Positions 28,769 to 39,026 of a stretch of 64,000 nt of DNA are shown here, one piece after another; positions within the stretch are counted from its first letter, which is position 1, and each line of letters begins with the position of its first letter. Position numbers and translations under genes: made by a program. The notes beneath the pieces are model-generated. The model searched no databases and was not told the origin of the DNA. It worked only from the letters and a program-made list of their open reading frames with translations. The DNA comes from Myxococcota bacterium (lineage in GTDB: Bacteria; Myxococcota_A; UBA9042; DTJE01): the NCBI GenBank assembly GCA_017994695.1, contig JAGOKF010000009.1, forward strand, positions 4,461 to 68,460, written 5' to 3'.

Positions 28769-30820
28769 ATGGGGGAACGGGATCGGACCAGTCACCGGTC
28801 GATGCGGCGGATCCGGAACATCGGGATCATCGCCCACATCGACGCGGGCAAGACCACGCTGACCGAGCGCCTCCTGTTCATCACCGGGAAGACCCACAAG
28901 ATGGGGGAGGTCCATGACGGCGAGGCGGTGATGGACTACATGGTCCAGGAACAGGAGCGGGGCATCACCATCACCTCGGCGGTGACCTCCTTCGAGTGGC
29001 GGGACCACGAAGTGCACCTGGTGGACACCCCGGGGCACGTGGACTTCACGATCGAGGTGGAGCGTTCCCTCCGGGTGCTGGACGGCGCGGTGGTGGTCTT
29101 CGACGGCGTCAGCGGCGTCGAGCCCCAGTCCGAGACGGTCTGGCACCAGGCGGACCGGTTCGGCGTGCCCCGGATCGCCTTCGTGAACAAACTGGACCGA
29201 GTCGGAGCGGACTTCGACGCGGCGGTGGCCTCGATGAGGAGCCACTTCTCCCAGACCATCCTGCCGGTCCAGGTGCCTGTAGGGAGCGAGTCCTCGTTCC
29301 GGGGGGTGGTGGACCTGATCCACCGGCGGACCCTGGCCTGGGACGGCCTGGACCCGAGGATCACCGAGGAGCGGGAGGGGATCCCCGACGAACTGCGGGA
29401 GACGGCGGAACGGGCCCGGGAGGAACTGGTCGCGGGGCTGGCGGACTTCGACGAAGAGGTCGCGGACCTCTACCTGGCGGGAGAGGACGTCCCGGGCGAC
29501 CGGCTTCGGGAGGTGCTGCGCCGGGCCTGCATCTCCGGCAGGGTGGTGCCCGTGCTCTGCGGGTCGGCTCTCCGGAACCGGGGCATCCCGCCGGTGCTGG
29601 ACGCGGTGACCGCATGGCTTCCCTCCCCGCTGGACATCCCGCCGGTCCAGGGCACCGATCCGAGGACCGGGGAGGCCCTGGAACGCCCCCACGACCCGGC
29701 GGCCCCCTTCTGCGCGCTGGTGTACAAGGTGCAGGTGGTGGACGAGGGGCGTCGCCTGACCTATCTCCGGATCTACTCGGGGCGCATCCGGGAGGGGGAC
29801 GACGCCTTCAATCCCGGGCGGAAGATCCAGGAAAAGTTCAGCCGCATCTTCCTGATGCACGCCCGGGACCGGAAGCGCCTGGAGGAGGTCGGGGCGGGGA
29901 ACATCGTGGGGGTCCTGGGGCTCAAGGTCACCGGGACCGGCGAGACCCTGTGCGACCCGGCCCACCCCATCCTGCTGGAGCCGATCCGGGCCTACGACCC
30001 GGTCATCTCGATGGCCATCGAGGCCGAGGTCCAGGGGGACCGGGAACGCCTGGAAACGACCCTGCGGCGCATTGCCGACGAGGACCCGACCTTCCGGTTC
30101 CGGGAGGACCCGGACACCGGCCAGACAGTCATGTCTGGCATGGGGGAACTGCACCTGGACATCGTGGCGGACCGCATCCGCCGGGACTTCCGCCTGCCGG
30201 TCCGGGTCGGGCGGCCCCAGGTGGTCTATGCCGAAACGGTGCTGCGGGCGGCCGAGGGCGACGGGGTCTGCGAGATCGACGGCGACGAGGCCCGGGTCTT
30301 CGCCCGGATGCGACTGCGGGTGGAGCCGGCGCCCCGGGGGACCGGGAACACCGTCCGGTGTGCCGGGGAGGTCCAGGCGCCCCCGGTCCTCCGGGAGGCA
30401 GCCACCGCGGGGATCCTGGAGGCGTTGCAGGGAGGCGTGCTCCACGGACTGCCGATCACCGACGTTACGGCCATCCTGCTGGGATTGGAGGGACGCGAGG
30501 GATACGTGATCGACGAGACGGTGGTGAAGATCGCCGCGATGAACGCCGTGAAGGAGGTCTGCGGGATGGCGGGAACCGCCCGGATGGAGCCCGTCGGGCG
30601 CATCGAGGTCGTCTGTCCGCCGGAGTACATGGGAGAGGTTCTGGGAAGCCTCCAGGCCCGCCGGGGGGTCATCGAGGCCCTGGAGGACCGGGGCCTGGTC
30701 AAGTGGATCCGGGCCACCGCCCCCATCGAACGGATGTTCGGATACGCCACCGAACTCCGGTCGGCCACCCAGGGACGGGGATCCTTCACGATGGTCTTCG
30801 AGCGGTACGACGTGGCATGA
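28769..30820 (+). CDS. Elongation factor G paralog (EF-G2-like), standalone
   Basis: G-domain motifs [23 protein letters not shown], then EF-G domains II-V. Not located in a str-operon context. Confidence 0.85.
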   Translation: MGERDRTSHRSMRRIRNIGIIAHIDAGKTTLTERLLFITGKTHKMGEVHDGEAVMDYMVQEQERGITITSAVTSFEWRDHEVHLVDTPGHVDFTIEVERSLRVLDGAVVVFDGVSGVEPQSETVWHQADRFGVPRIAFVNKLDRVGADFDAAVASMRSHFSQTILPVQVPVGSESSFRGVVDLIHRRTLAWDGLDPRITEEREGIPDELRETAERAREELVAGLADFDEEVADLYLAGEDVPGDRLREVLRRACISGRVVPVLCGSALRNRGIPPVLDAVTAWLPSPLDIPPVQGTDPRTGEALERPHDPAAPFCALVYKVQVVDEGRRLTYLRIYSGRIREGDDAFNPGRKIQEKFSRIFLMHARDRKRLEEVGAGNIVGVLGLKVTGTGETLCDPAHPILLEPIRAYDPVISMAIEAEVQGDRERLETTLRRIADEDPTFRFREDPDTGQTVMSGMGELHLDIVADRIRRDFRLPVRVGRPQVVYAETVLRAAEGDGVCEIDGDEARVFARMRLRVEPAPRGTGNTVRCAGEVQAPPVLREAATAGILEALQGGVLHGLPITDVTAILLGLEGREGYVIDETVVKIAAMNAVKEVCGMAGTARMEPVGRIEVVCPPEYMGEVLGSLQARRGVIEALEDRGLVKWIRATAPIERMFGYATELRSATQGRGSFTMVFERYDVA

Positions 30821-30833
30821 CGCGGGATTTCGG

Positions 30834-30855
30834 GGTCGCGGAATCTTTTCCGCGA
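30834..30855. terminator. Perfect 9-bp stem / 4-nt loop hairpin (GTCGCGGAA-TCTT-TTCCGCGAC) 14 nt after the EF-G stop
   Basis: Seen directly in the sequence. There is no U-tract, so it is either a GC-genome-type terminator or an operator upstream of tatT. Confidence 0.3.
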
Positions 30856-30960
30856 CATGCCGTCCAAGGCCCGGTCGCATGCCGGCGGTGCCGGCGAATC
30901 CGGTTGACGCGCCGTGTCCGGGTCGGCTAGCCTCTTGCGGGTCCGGAGCGAGGTTCGCGA

Positions 30961-32004
30961 ATGGGAACAAAGGGAAGCGGGTTCGTTGGGAGAAGCCGGG
31001 CGGTCCTCTGGGTTCTTTCCGGGGCGTGGCTGCTGGCCGTGGCTCCGGGGTGCCAGGGTGTCACGAAATGGGCGCTGGGCTACACCGGGAACATCCTGGC
31101 GGACGGATTCCGGGCCATTACCGAGGACCCGGACGTGGACCTGGTCCGGGAATCCCTTCCGGGCAACCTGAAGACCGTCGAGGTGCTGCTGGCCTCGAGC
31201 CCCTACGACCCGAACCTGCTGTACGCCCTGGCCCAGGGCTACGGGTCCTATGCGTGGCTGGTCCTCGAGGACGAGATGGACCTTGCAGAGGCCGCAGGAC
31301 AGGCCCAGCGGGCCGAGGCGCTCCGGCAGCGGGCCCAGGGGCTGTATCGCAGGACCCAGGTGTACGCCGCCCGGATGATGACCCGGGCCGGGCGTTCCGA
31401 AAAGGACGTCCTGGGGGCGCTGGAAGGCCCGTCGGAACAGGCGACGGACCGGCTCCTGGGGCGGTTGGAACGACCCGATGCCCGGGCCCTGTTCTGGTTC
31501 ACCTTCGGGTGGATCAGCCGCATCAACCTGGACCCGGCGAATCCCGAGCGGGTTTCGGAACTGCCCCGGGTCGAGCGGTTGATGGCCCGCGTGGTGGCGC
31601 TGGACCCGAAGTACTTCCACGGGCTCCCGCTGCTGCTGAGCGGCGCCCTCTACGCCGGTCGGGCCCCGATGTACGGCGGCGACCTGGACAAGGGACGGTC
31701 GTTCTTCGAACGGGCGATCGCCGTCTCCGACGGTCGGTTCCTGGTGACGAAGTTCGCCTATGGCCGCTACTACGGGGTCCAGGCCCAGGACCGGGAACTC
31801 TTCTGCCGGATGATGAACGAGGTGCTGGAGGCCCCCGAGGACCTGCTGCCCGAGCAGCAGATGATGAACAACGTCACCCGGCGCTGGGCGAAGAGATGGC
31901 GGGAGAGGGCGCCGTCCCTCTTCGAGGAATCGCAGGAATGTCCTCCCGTGGGCGGACAGCAGAAGGGAACCGAATCGCAGGAGGTGGATGATGGGGAACT
32001 CTAG
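30961..32004 (+). CDS. tatT: TRAP transporter TatT component family lipoprotein (TPR-like)
   Basis: Lipobox AVAPGCQG. The TatT-like helical-repeat body is followed by dctPQM. Stop overlaps the dctP start. Confidence 0.6.
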   Translation: MGTKGSGFVGRSRAVLWVLSGAWLLAVAPGCQGVTKWALGYTGNILADGFRAITEDPDVDLVRESLPGNLKTVEVLLASSPYDPNLLYALAQGYGSYAWLVLEDEMDLAEAAGQAQRAEALRQRAQGLYRRTQVYAARMMTRAGRSEKDVLGALEGPSEQATDRLLGRLERPDARALFWFTFGWISRINLDPANPERVSELPRVERLMARVVALDPKYFHGLPLLLSGALYAGRAPMYGGDLDKGRSFFERAIAVSDGRFLVTKFAYGRYYGVQAQDRELFCRMMNEVLEAPEDLLPEQQMMNNVTRRWAKRWRERAPSLFEESQECPPVGGQQKGTESQEVDDGEL

Positions 32005-33010
32005 AGGATGGCGGGTCGCGGGGAAGGGGCTGGTGATCGCGGCGGTCCTGGCCTGGGGGGGCGCCCTCCGGGCGGAACCCGTGGTGATCAAGCTCGCCAC
32101 GGTGGCTCCCAAGGGATCCCCCTGGATGAACGCCTACACGGCGATGAACGAGGAGGTCGAGAAGGCCACCGAGGGCCGTGTGTCCTTCAAGTTCTACCCG
32201 GGCATGGTCTCGGGCGACGAGAAGGACATGGTCCGGAAGATGCGCGCCGGGCAGTTGCACGCCGGCGGCCTCACGGGCACGGGACTCCAGATGATTCAGC
32301 CGGCCATGCTGGTCTGGCAGTTGCCGCTGCTGTTCAAGGACTACGAGGAACTGGCGAAGACCCGGGCCCGGATGGAGGACCGGATGCAGGGGCTGATGAA
32401 CCAGAAGGGGTTCGTCATCCTGGGCTGGTCCGACCTGGGCTACACCTACATCTTCACCAAGAAGCCCGCCAGCAGCCTGGCCTCATTCAACCAGATCAAG
32501 ATGTGGGGGTGGGAGGACGAACCGATCAGCAAGGCGTTCTTCGAGGTGGCCGGGATCGCCCAGGTGCCCCTGGCCCTGACCGACGTCCTGCCGGGCCTCC
32601 AGCGGGGGATGATCGACGGCGTGTACAACTCCCTGATGGGCCTGATGTCCCTCCAGTGGGACAAGTACGTGTCCTATGTCACGAAACTGGTCATCAGCAT
32701 CGGGATCGGGGCGACCGTGGTCACCAAGTCCGTCTGGGACCAGATCTCGCCCGAGGACCAGAAGAGGATCCTGGAAATCTCCCGGCGGCACCATGACCGG
32801 CTGAACGGGGAGATCCAGAAGAAGAACAAGGAGGCCCTGTCCCAGATGAAGAAGGCGGGGATGCAGGTGGTGGACCTGGAGGCCGGCGAGATGGAGCGGT
32901 TCCAGGGGATTGCCGCCCGGGTGCGCCAGATGCTGACCGGGAAGTTCTTCGACGCCGCGTTGCTGAAGGACGTGGAGGCGATGCGGGACCGCGTCCGGGC
33001 CGGCAACTGA
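31988..33010 (+). CDS. dctP: TRAP transporter substrate-binding protein (DctP family)
   Basis: Signal peptide and DctP-family fold blocks (KLATVAPKGSPW, LGWSDLGY). A 12-nt palindrome CGGGACGTCCCG follows the stop. Confidence 0.8.
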   Translation: MMGNSRGWRVAGKGLVIAAVLAWGGALRAEPVVIKLATVAPKGSPWMNAYTAMNEEVEKATEGRVSFKFYPGMVSGDEKDMVRKMRAGQLHAGGLTGTGLQMIQPAMLVWQLPLLFKDYEELAKTRARMEDRMQGLMNQKGFVILGWSDLGYTYIFTKKPASSLASFNQIKMWGWEDEPISKAFFEVAGIAQVPLALTDVLPGLQRGMIDGVYNSLMGLMSLQWDKYVSYVTKLVISIGIGATVVTKSVWDQISPEDQKRILEISRRHHDRLNGEIQKKNKEALSQMKKAGMQVVDLEAGEMERFQGIAARVRQMLTGKFFDAALLKDVEAMRDRVRAGN

Positions 33011-33048
33011 CGGGACGTCCCGTCCCGAAGCCCTTCCAGGAGGTGGAC

Positions 33049-34092
33049 GTGAAGCCCTTGTTTGCCCTGGATCGCCTGATCGGGAAGGTCGAGTCGGCCC
33101 TCCTGGTGGCCTCTCTGGCGGCCCTGCTGCTGCTGACGCTCTATTCCGTGGCCTACCGCAACCTGCTGGCGCCGGTGGTCCTGAAGATGCAGGCCCGGGC
33201 GGCCCAGTCCTCCACGGAGGTGGGCGCCGTTCCCGGCGGCGCCCAGGCCCCGGCCGCCGTCCCTGGAGAGGCTCGGGGAGGCGGGGGGACGGAGGAACCG
33301 CCGAAGCCGTCCGAAGGGGCTCCGGCCGGGGACGACTTCGCCGGGGACCTGGACGACGAGGAGGCCCCCGCAGCACCGGCGACGGGGGACAGGAAGGCGC
33401 CGGCAACAGGGCAGGGGGACTTCGCCGGGGACCTGGACGACGAGGAGGCTCCGGCAGCACCGGCGACGGGGGACAGGAAGGCGCCGGCAACAGGGCAGGG
33501 GGACTTCGCCGGCGACCTGGACGAGGAAGGTCCGGCGGCTTCTCCGGTGGAGGCCCCAGCCCGCCCTGCGGCCCCTCCGACGGCGGACGTCGCGGCGGCG
33601 GCCGCCACCACGCCCTCCCAGGAACTCGCCGCGCCGCCGGAATCCCTGTTGCTGCGCATCCTGAAGTTCCTGAACTTCGGCTGGATCGACACCGTGACGC
33701 GGCACCTGCTGCTCTGGATCGCCTTCCTGGGAGGGGCGGTCGCGACCCGTTACCGTCGGCACATCAAGATCGACGCCCTGTCCCGGCTCCTTCCCGAGGA
33801 GGGGCGCAACCGCCTGACGATCCTGCTGGACGTCGCGGCCATCGCCGTCTGCGTGGTGATGGCCCGTGCCGCCTGGAAGTTCATGACCTCCGAGTCGGAG
33901 ACCGATGCCGTGTTCTACGGGAGCCTGCCGGTGTGGGTCGGGATCGCGATCATCCCGGTGGGATTCGGGCTGCTGATCTGGCACTTCTCGCTGGACTGCC
34001 TGCTGGAGATCCTCTGGAATGTCGGGGTCCGATCCCCGGAACTGGTCCGTTGGCGCGAGGAACTGCACCAGAGCCAGGGGGAGGTGGCCTGA
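33049..34092 (+). CDS. dctQ: TRAP transporter small permease (DctQ family) with a roughly 150-aa low-complexity insertion
   Basis: DctQ-like TM1 (LIGKVESALLVASLAALLLLTLYSVAYRN) and C-terminal TMs. Between them is an acidic/Ala/Pro-rich loop carrying the tandem repeat. The GTG at 33049 has better Shine-Dalgarno spacing than the GTG at 33043. Confidence 0.65.
   Translation: MKPLFALDRLIGKVESALLVASLAALLLLTLYSVAYRNLLAPVVLKMQARAAQSSTEVGAVPGGAQAPAAVPGEARGGGGTEEPPKPSEGAPAGDDFAGDLDDEEAPAAPATGDRKAPATGQGDFAGDLDDEEAPAAPATGDRKAPATGQGDFAGDLDEEGPAASPVEAPARPAAPPTADVAAAAATTPSQELAAPPESLLLRILKFLNFGWIDTVTRHLLLWIAFLGGAVATRYRRHIKIDALSRLLPEEGRNRLTILLDVAAIAVCVVMARAAWKFMTSESETDAVFYGSLPVWVGIAIIPVGFGLLIWHFSLDCLLEILWNVGVRSPELVRWREELHQSQGEVA
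33334..33531. repeat. 84-nt tandem repeat inside dctQ: 2 near-identical copies (3 mismatches) plus about 30 nt of a third, encoding DFAGDLDDEEAPAAPATGDRKAPATGQG
   Basis: Copies read directly at 33334..33417 and 33418..33501, with a partial copy from 33502. Confidence 0.8.
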
Positions 34093-35366
34093 TGGGAATG
34101 CTGCTGCTGGTGGTCATCCTGCTCTTCGCGCTGTTCGGGACGCCTCTCTTCACGGTGCTTGGCGGAGCGGCCCTGTCGCTGTTCGCACTCGAGGGCATCG
34201 ACACGAAGGCGGTCATCGTCGAGATGTACCGCCTGGCCGCCAACCCCTTCATGCTGACGATCCCCCTCTTCACGCTGGCCGGGTTCCTGATGGCCGAGGC
34301 CAATACCCCGAAGCGCCTGGCGCGCCTGGCCCGGGCCGGGCTCGGATGGCTTCCCGGGGGCATCGTGCTCGGGGTGATCGTCACCTGCTCCTTCTTCACC
34401 ACGTTCAGCGGGGCGTCGGGGGTGACGATCATCGCCCTGGGGGCTCTGTTCCTGCCCATTCTGAAATCCGAGGGCTATCCCGAGCGGTTCTCCCTCGGCG
34501 TGGCCACCGCTGCCGGGTCGATGGGGCTCCTGTTCCCGCCGTCCCTGCCGCTGCTGGTCTATGGCATGGTGTCGGGGATCGACGTGAACCGGTTGTTCAT
34601 CGCGGCCCTGGGGCCCGGGATCATCACGGTGCTGGCCCTGGCGATGCTGGGACTCTTCGTGGCCCTCCGGTCCGGGACCCGCCGGACCCCTTCCAGCGCC
34701 CGGGAGTTCTTCGCGGCGGTGAACGAGGCCAAGTGGGAACTGCTGGTGCCGGTCATCATCTTCGGGGGCATCTTCGGAGGCCTGGTGACGGTGGCCGAGG
34801 TGGCGGCGATCACGGCCTTCTACCTGGTGATTGTCGAGGTCTTCATCTACAAGGACCTCCAGATCCGGCGGGATCTGCCCCGGATCTTCCGGAAGAGCAT
34901 GATGCTGGTGGCGGCGCTGCTGCTGATCCTGGGAAGCGCCCTGGGCCTGACCAACTACCTGGTGGACGCCGAGGTGCCGGATCACCTGTTCCGCATCGCC
35001 ACCTCGATCTTCACCAGCAAGTGGTCGTTCCTGCTGGCCCTGAACGCCTTCCTGCTGATGATGGGCAGCATGCTGGACATCCTCTCGGCGACGATCGTCA
35101 TCGTGCCGCTGATCGCCCCCGTGGCCATCAAGGTGGGCATCGACCCCGTGCACCTGGCCGTGATCTTCATCGCCAACATGCAGACCGCCTACCTGCTGCC
35201 GCCCGCGGGGATCGACCTCTGCGTGGCATCCCTGGCCTTCAACCAGCCGATGACGCGGATGTACCGGGTGGCGGTCCCCTTCGTGGGAACCCTGTTGGCC
35301 GCACTGCTGGTCATCACCTACGTGCCGGAGCTCTCCCTGGCGCTGCTGCACTGGACGGGACGCTAG
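34092..35366 (+). CDS. dctM: TRAP transporter large permease (DctM family)
   Basis: 424-aa, 12-TM-like protein with conserved DctM blocks. Its ATG overlaps the dctQ stop (TGATG). Confidence 0.85.
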   Translation: MGMLLLVVILLFALFGTPLFTVLGGAALSLFALEGIDTKAVIVEMYRLAANPFMLTIPLFTLAGFLMAEANTPKRLARLARAGLGWLPGGIVLGVIVTCSFFTTFSGASGVTIIALGALFLPILKSEGYPERFSLGVATAAGSMGLLFPPSLPLLVYGMVSGIDVNRLFIAALGPGIITVLALAMLGLFVALRSGTRRTPSSAREFFAAVNEAKWELLVPVIIFGGIFGGLVTVAEVAAITAFYLVIVEVFIYKDLQIRRDLPRIFRKSMMLVAALLLILGSALGLTNYLVDAEVPDHLFRIATSIFTSKWSFLLALNAFLLMMGSMLDILSATIVIVPLIAPVAIKVGIDPVHLAVIFIANMQTAYLLPPAGIDLCVASLAFNQPMTRMYRVAVPFVGTLLAALLVITYVPELSLALLHWTGR

Positions 35367-35373
35367 GAACGGG

Positions 35374-37614
35374 TCATCCCGTGGCCGGACCCGAGGGGGC
35401 ATCGGCTCCGGAAAGGCGCCGCTCGATCCGTTGACGTGCGGCCGCGGCGACGGCCTGCAACGCCGGCGGCAGATTTTCGTTGAAGTCCGCCGAACCCAGG
35501 GCATCCAGGGTCCGGGATCGCCCGATCACGCCCAGGGTTTCCAGCATCACCTGGACCACCTCCGGGCTCTTCCGGCGCACGCTGAGCCGTCCCGGCAGCA
35601 CCGTGCGCCACTTCGGCGGCCGGAGGGCCTCCAGCAGCAGCGCCTCGAAGTCCGGATCGTCGGGGAGCACGATCCGCTCGTATTCCATCAGGGCCCGGAG
35701 GCTTGCGATCTGGAGCAGGTCCGCCGGCTCGTCCTCGGAATGGGTCCGCGAGCGGATGTTTTCCCGGAGGCGTTCCAGGAACAGCGGATGGGTCGAGTGG
35801 ATTGCCCCGAGGGCCTCGACCGCCCGCCGGACCACCGTCTCGTCGGGGTCGTTCATCCGGCCCAGGAGGTCCTTTTCCGCATCGTAACTCGCCAGGCGGG
35901 CCAGGGCCGTCACGCAGGCCTCCCGGACCTTCGCGTGGGGGTGCTCCAGGTACCGGACCAGGATCGGGGTCGCCCGGGAATCGCCGATCTGCCCCACCAC
36001 CTCCACGAGATTCCGGATGGTGTACCAGTTGTGACGATGGGCCTTCAGTTCGTCGAGGACATGGTCGAGGGCGGGCTTGCCGATCTTCACCAGCACCGAA
36101 CAGAGCGCCCGCCGGCAGCCGGGATCCTCCGAGACGGACAGGTGTCGGATGACCGGAAGCACCGCGTTTGGTCCGAAGAGGGCCAGCCCGTCCTCCAGGG
36201 GACCCCGGGTCTCCTTGGGCAGCGAGACCGTCAGGCGGATCAGGTCGTCCAGGAAACTCCCCTTGTCGAGGTGGCCCAGGGCCTCGGTGAGGAAGCGGTT
36301 GCGGCCCAGAAACGGCGGGACGGGCTCCGCCGCATGGCGGGTGATCACGCCGAAGAGGGACACCAGGAGGTCCTTTTCCTTCCGGGCCAGGAGTTCGGGA
36401 ATCACGATGACCAGGACGTTCAGGTACTTCAGGTAGGCCTTCGGGTCCCCGCAGCGGTCGAAGTCCTCCAGGTACTCCCGGGACTTCTCCAGGAACCGGT
36501 CGGTCATCATCCCGGCCTTGATGTGGCTCTGGACGCTCGGCGGAAGGTCGGCGAAGCCGAGGATCTCTGCCTGGTAGGCCGTCATCAGCAGGGGCCGAGC
36601 CTCCTGGAGCAGATCCGAGGAACCCAGTTGTCGGAGGGCCTTCCGGGTCAGTTCCAGCAGGGACTGTTGGAAGGCCCGGGGATCCCTTCCCGCCAGGTTC
36701 AGCCGGGGTGCCGGCTTGCGCAACTCGTCGATGTAGTTCAGCATCTGCCCGGCCACCTCCATCAGTTGCCGGGGTTTCATCGCCGCGACCAGCACGTTTT
36801 CCACCGGCAGATCGATGGCGACGTGGAGTCCCTCCGAGACCAGGTCCGCGTTCAGCAGGATGTCCCGGAGGGTCTCGATCCGGTGGATGGGCCGGATGAC
36901 CTCCCGGATGGCCTGGGCCTTCAACTCCCGGATGGTGTCCGGGGACGCCTCCCGGAGCATCGGCAGGCGGGAGATGTCCTTCCGGAGCCTGGAAAGGGCG
37001 ATCTTCACCGGCCAGGGGAGGTGGCGGATCCCCCCCAGCACCTCGTCCATGCCCACCACGGTGCAGTGCACCAGGCCCATGCTGCCCAGGAGTTCGACCA
37101 GACTCTCCGGCGCCCCTGCCTCCCGGACCTCGCGGGAAGCCTGGAGGGACCACCGGGTCCAGCCTTCAAGGAAGGCCTCCAGTTCCTCCCGGGTCAGTTC
37201 CCGCTTCAGGGTGAACGCGGCGATGCGGTTGCGGACGAAGTAGTCGTGGAACTTCCCGACGAAATGGTCCCCCAGGACCCCCCGGAAGGTCTTGGCGACC
37301 TCGATGGGCTGGTCCAGGAGCCCGTCGAGGACGACCCCCTTCTCGTCCATCGTGGACACGAGGGTGTAGGTCAGTTCGTGGGCCTGCTGGGTCAACTGCC
37401 GGAAGAGGGCGAACATCTCGTCCACGGCGCTGCGTGCCAGCACGTGTTCGGAGGAATAGGTCCCCGTCTGGGTGATGGCCTTCAGCAGCAGCAGGGTGAA
37501 TTCCCCGGCCCTCTGGCGGATCTGCCGGGCCTCCTCGCCGTCGGCCATCAGGGAGCGCATCGAGGAGGACCGGGATTCGTCCACCGGGACATCCTGCATT
37601 GCGGCCTGTGTCAC
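35374..37614 (-). CDS. HEAT/PBS-lyase-like repeat protein (746 aa, cytoplasmic)
   Basis: C-terminal HEAT-like repeats (DSRATPILVRYLEHPHAKVREACVTALARL, DPDETVVRRAVEALGAI). The composition is Ala/Leu/Glu-rich, whereas the overlapping plus-strand frame is G/P/R-rich. Confidence 0.6.
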   Translation of the reverse strand: MTQAAMQDVPVDESRSSSMRSLMADGEEARQIRQRAGEFTLLLLKAITQTGTYSSEHVLARSAVDEMFALFRQLTQQAHELTYTLVSTMDEKGVVLDGLLDQPIEVAKTFRGVLGDHFVGKFHDYFVRNRIAAFTLKRELTREELEAFLEGWTRWSLQASREVREAGAPESLVELLGSMGLVHCTVVGMDEVLGGIRHLPWPVKIALSRLRKDISRLPMLREASPDTIRELKAQAIREVIRPIHRIETLRDILLNADLVSEGLHVAIDLPVENVLVAAMKPRQLMEVAGQMLNYIDELRKPAPRLNLAGRDPRAFQQSLLELTRKALRQLGSSDLLQEARPLLMTAYQAEILGFADLPPSVQSHIKAGMMTDRFLEKSREYLEDFDRCGDPKAYLKYLNVLVIVIPELLARKEKDLLVSLFGVITRHAAEPVPPFLGRNRFLTEALGHLDKGSFLDDLIRLTVSLPKETRGPLEDGLALFGPNAVLPVIRHLSVSEDPGCRRALCSVLVKIGKPALDHVLDELKAHRHNWYTIRNLVEVVGQIGDSRATPILVRYLEHPHAKVREACVTALARLASYDAEKDLLGRMNDPDETVVRRAVEALGAIHSTHPLFLERLRENIRSRTHSEDEPADLLQIASLRALMEYERIVLPDDPDFEALLLEALRPPKWRTVLPGRLSVRRKSPEVVQVMLETLGVIGRSRTLDALGSADFNENLPPALQAVAAAARQRIERRLSGADAPSGPATG

Positions 37615-37692
37615 CCTAGCGAGTCGGGGAGGGTCTTGTCAAGCCGGCCCGGGCGGGTATGCTGAACGGGGACTCATGCAGGGGAACGCGGC

Positions 37693-38736
37693 ATGGAGGA
37701 TTCGAAGCGGCAGGAGGATGGTCCGCCCCCGCGGAAATGGGCGGCGTCCGTGGGTGCAGTGGCGGTGTTCCTGGGCCTGGCGGTGATGATGTTCTACTGG
37801 CTGAAGCCTCCCACGGAGGCCACCAGGGCCTTCGAGGTTCCCAAGATCACGATCGCGAGGCTGGACGAACAGCCCTTCATGCGGATGGAACTGGGACCGG
37901 GCGAGTCCTACCGGCCCATCGACGTGATGGCCGGCACCACGGTGACGCTGGACTGCCAGGTGGTGTCCCGGGCCGCCCCGGGGACGGGGAAGTCGCGCTT
38001 CCTGCTGAAGGCGTTCGGACGGGAACGGGAGATGCCGGAGTGCCTCGCGGAACTCGAGATTCCCGACGAGGTGGGCCGCGAAGAGAACCTGGTGATCACC
38101 TTCTTCGACGCGGGAGCGAAGACCGCGACCGACGTGCTGACGGTCCCGATGGTGATCCGGGGGCGGAGCGAGGGCATCGAGTTCCACGCCCTCGAGGACG
38201 AACTCCACCGCCCGGTCTCGGCGACCACGGCTCCCGACCAGGTCTTCGTCTATGCCCGGGCGATCACCCGCCTGCCCTCGGACACCCGGGACTACGCGGC
38301 GATGTTCTTCACGATGGACCCGACGGTCGGGGTGCCGGTGCTGGAACTGGCGCCCGTGCACGAGGGGGAGCGCCCGCAGCCCCTGGTGTCGTCGCTGATC
38401 CGCTTCCGGTCCTACGGGAAGGACCTGGCGGCCTATGCCTTCTGGACGCCGTCCCCGATCCGGTTGGGGGGCCGGGACGGAAGCCGCATGGTCACCGACA
38501 TCGGGGCCTTCATCGTCCGGAAGGACCAGATCGCCACGCTGTTCCCGAAACTGCTGAAGGTGGAGCAGTCCGGCCCCGACACGCTGACGGTGACCCCCCT
38601 GGTCCAGACCCTGGAGGAACTCCGGTCGATGGCGGTCCTCGGACTCGTGTCCCGCCCCCCGCTGCACGTCCTGCGGGCTCCCGGGCCCGCCGCCGAGGCC
38701 CAGGTGCCGGGCGCCACTCCCCCTGCCCAGCCCTGA
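37693..38736 (+). CDS. Hypothetical membrane-anchored protein (single N-terminal TM, about 300-aa soluble domain)
   Basis: ATG at 37693 and a TM segment VGAVAVFLGLAVMMFYW. I recognise no known motif. The frame has coding-like composition. Confidence 0.5.
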   Translation: MEDSKRQEDGPPPRKWAASVGAVAVFLGLAVMMFYWLKPPTEATRAFEVPKITIARLDEQPFMRMELGPGESYRPIDVMAGTTVTLDCQVVSRAAPGTGKSRFLLKAFGREREMPECLAELEIPDEVGREENLVITFFDAGAKTATDVLTVPMVIRGRSEGIEFHALEDELHRPVSATTAPDQVFVYARAITRLPSDTRDYAAMFFTMDPTVGVPVLELAPVHEGERPQPLVSSLIRFRSYGKDLAAYAFWTPSPIRLGGRDGSRMVTDIGAFIVRKDQIATLFPKLLKVEQSGPDTLTVTPLVQTLEELRSMAVLGLVSRPPLHVLRAPGPAAEAQVPGATPPAQP

Positions 38737-39026
38737 ATTCCCTGCACCGGCAGAGGAGATTCAGGCAGCCCCTGTCCAGAACACTTCCGGAGGGTCCGAA
38801 TCGTCCGGGGCAACAGGTCCCGATGGCGGGAAGCGGCCGGCGGTTCATGCTCTTCCCGGGGGCGGGGCACCCGGCAGGGCAGGGAAGGGCGGCCCAGGGA
38901 CGGCGGCGACCATCGGGATGGAGCAGGAATGCCCTGTCTCGACCGGGCTGTCCTCGAACGGGGAGGTGCAGGAACTCCCGGGGCGATGCACGGGGACGGG
39001 AGTGCGTCGTCCCACCGCAGCCCGGG

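Noticed and set aside
35431-37665. 744-aa plus-strand ORF antisense to the HEAT-repeat gene
   Set aside because: It has G/P/R/D-rich junk composition. The HEAT frame on the minus strand has helical-repeat composition.
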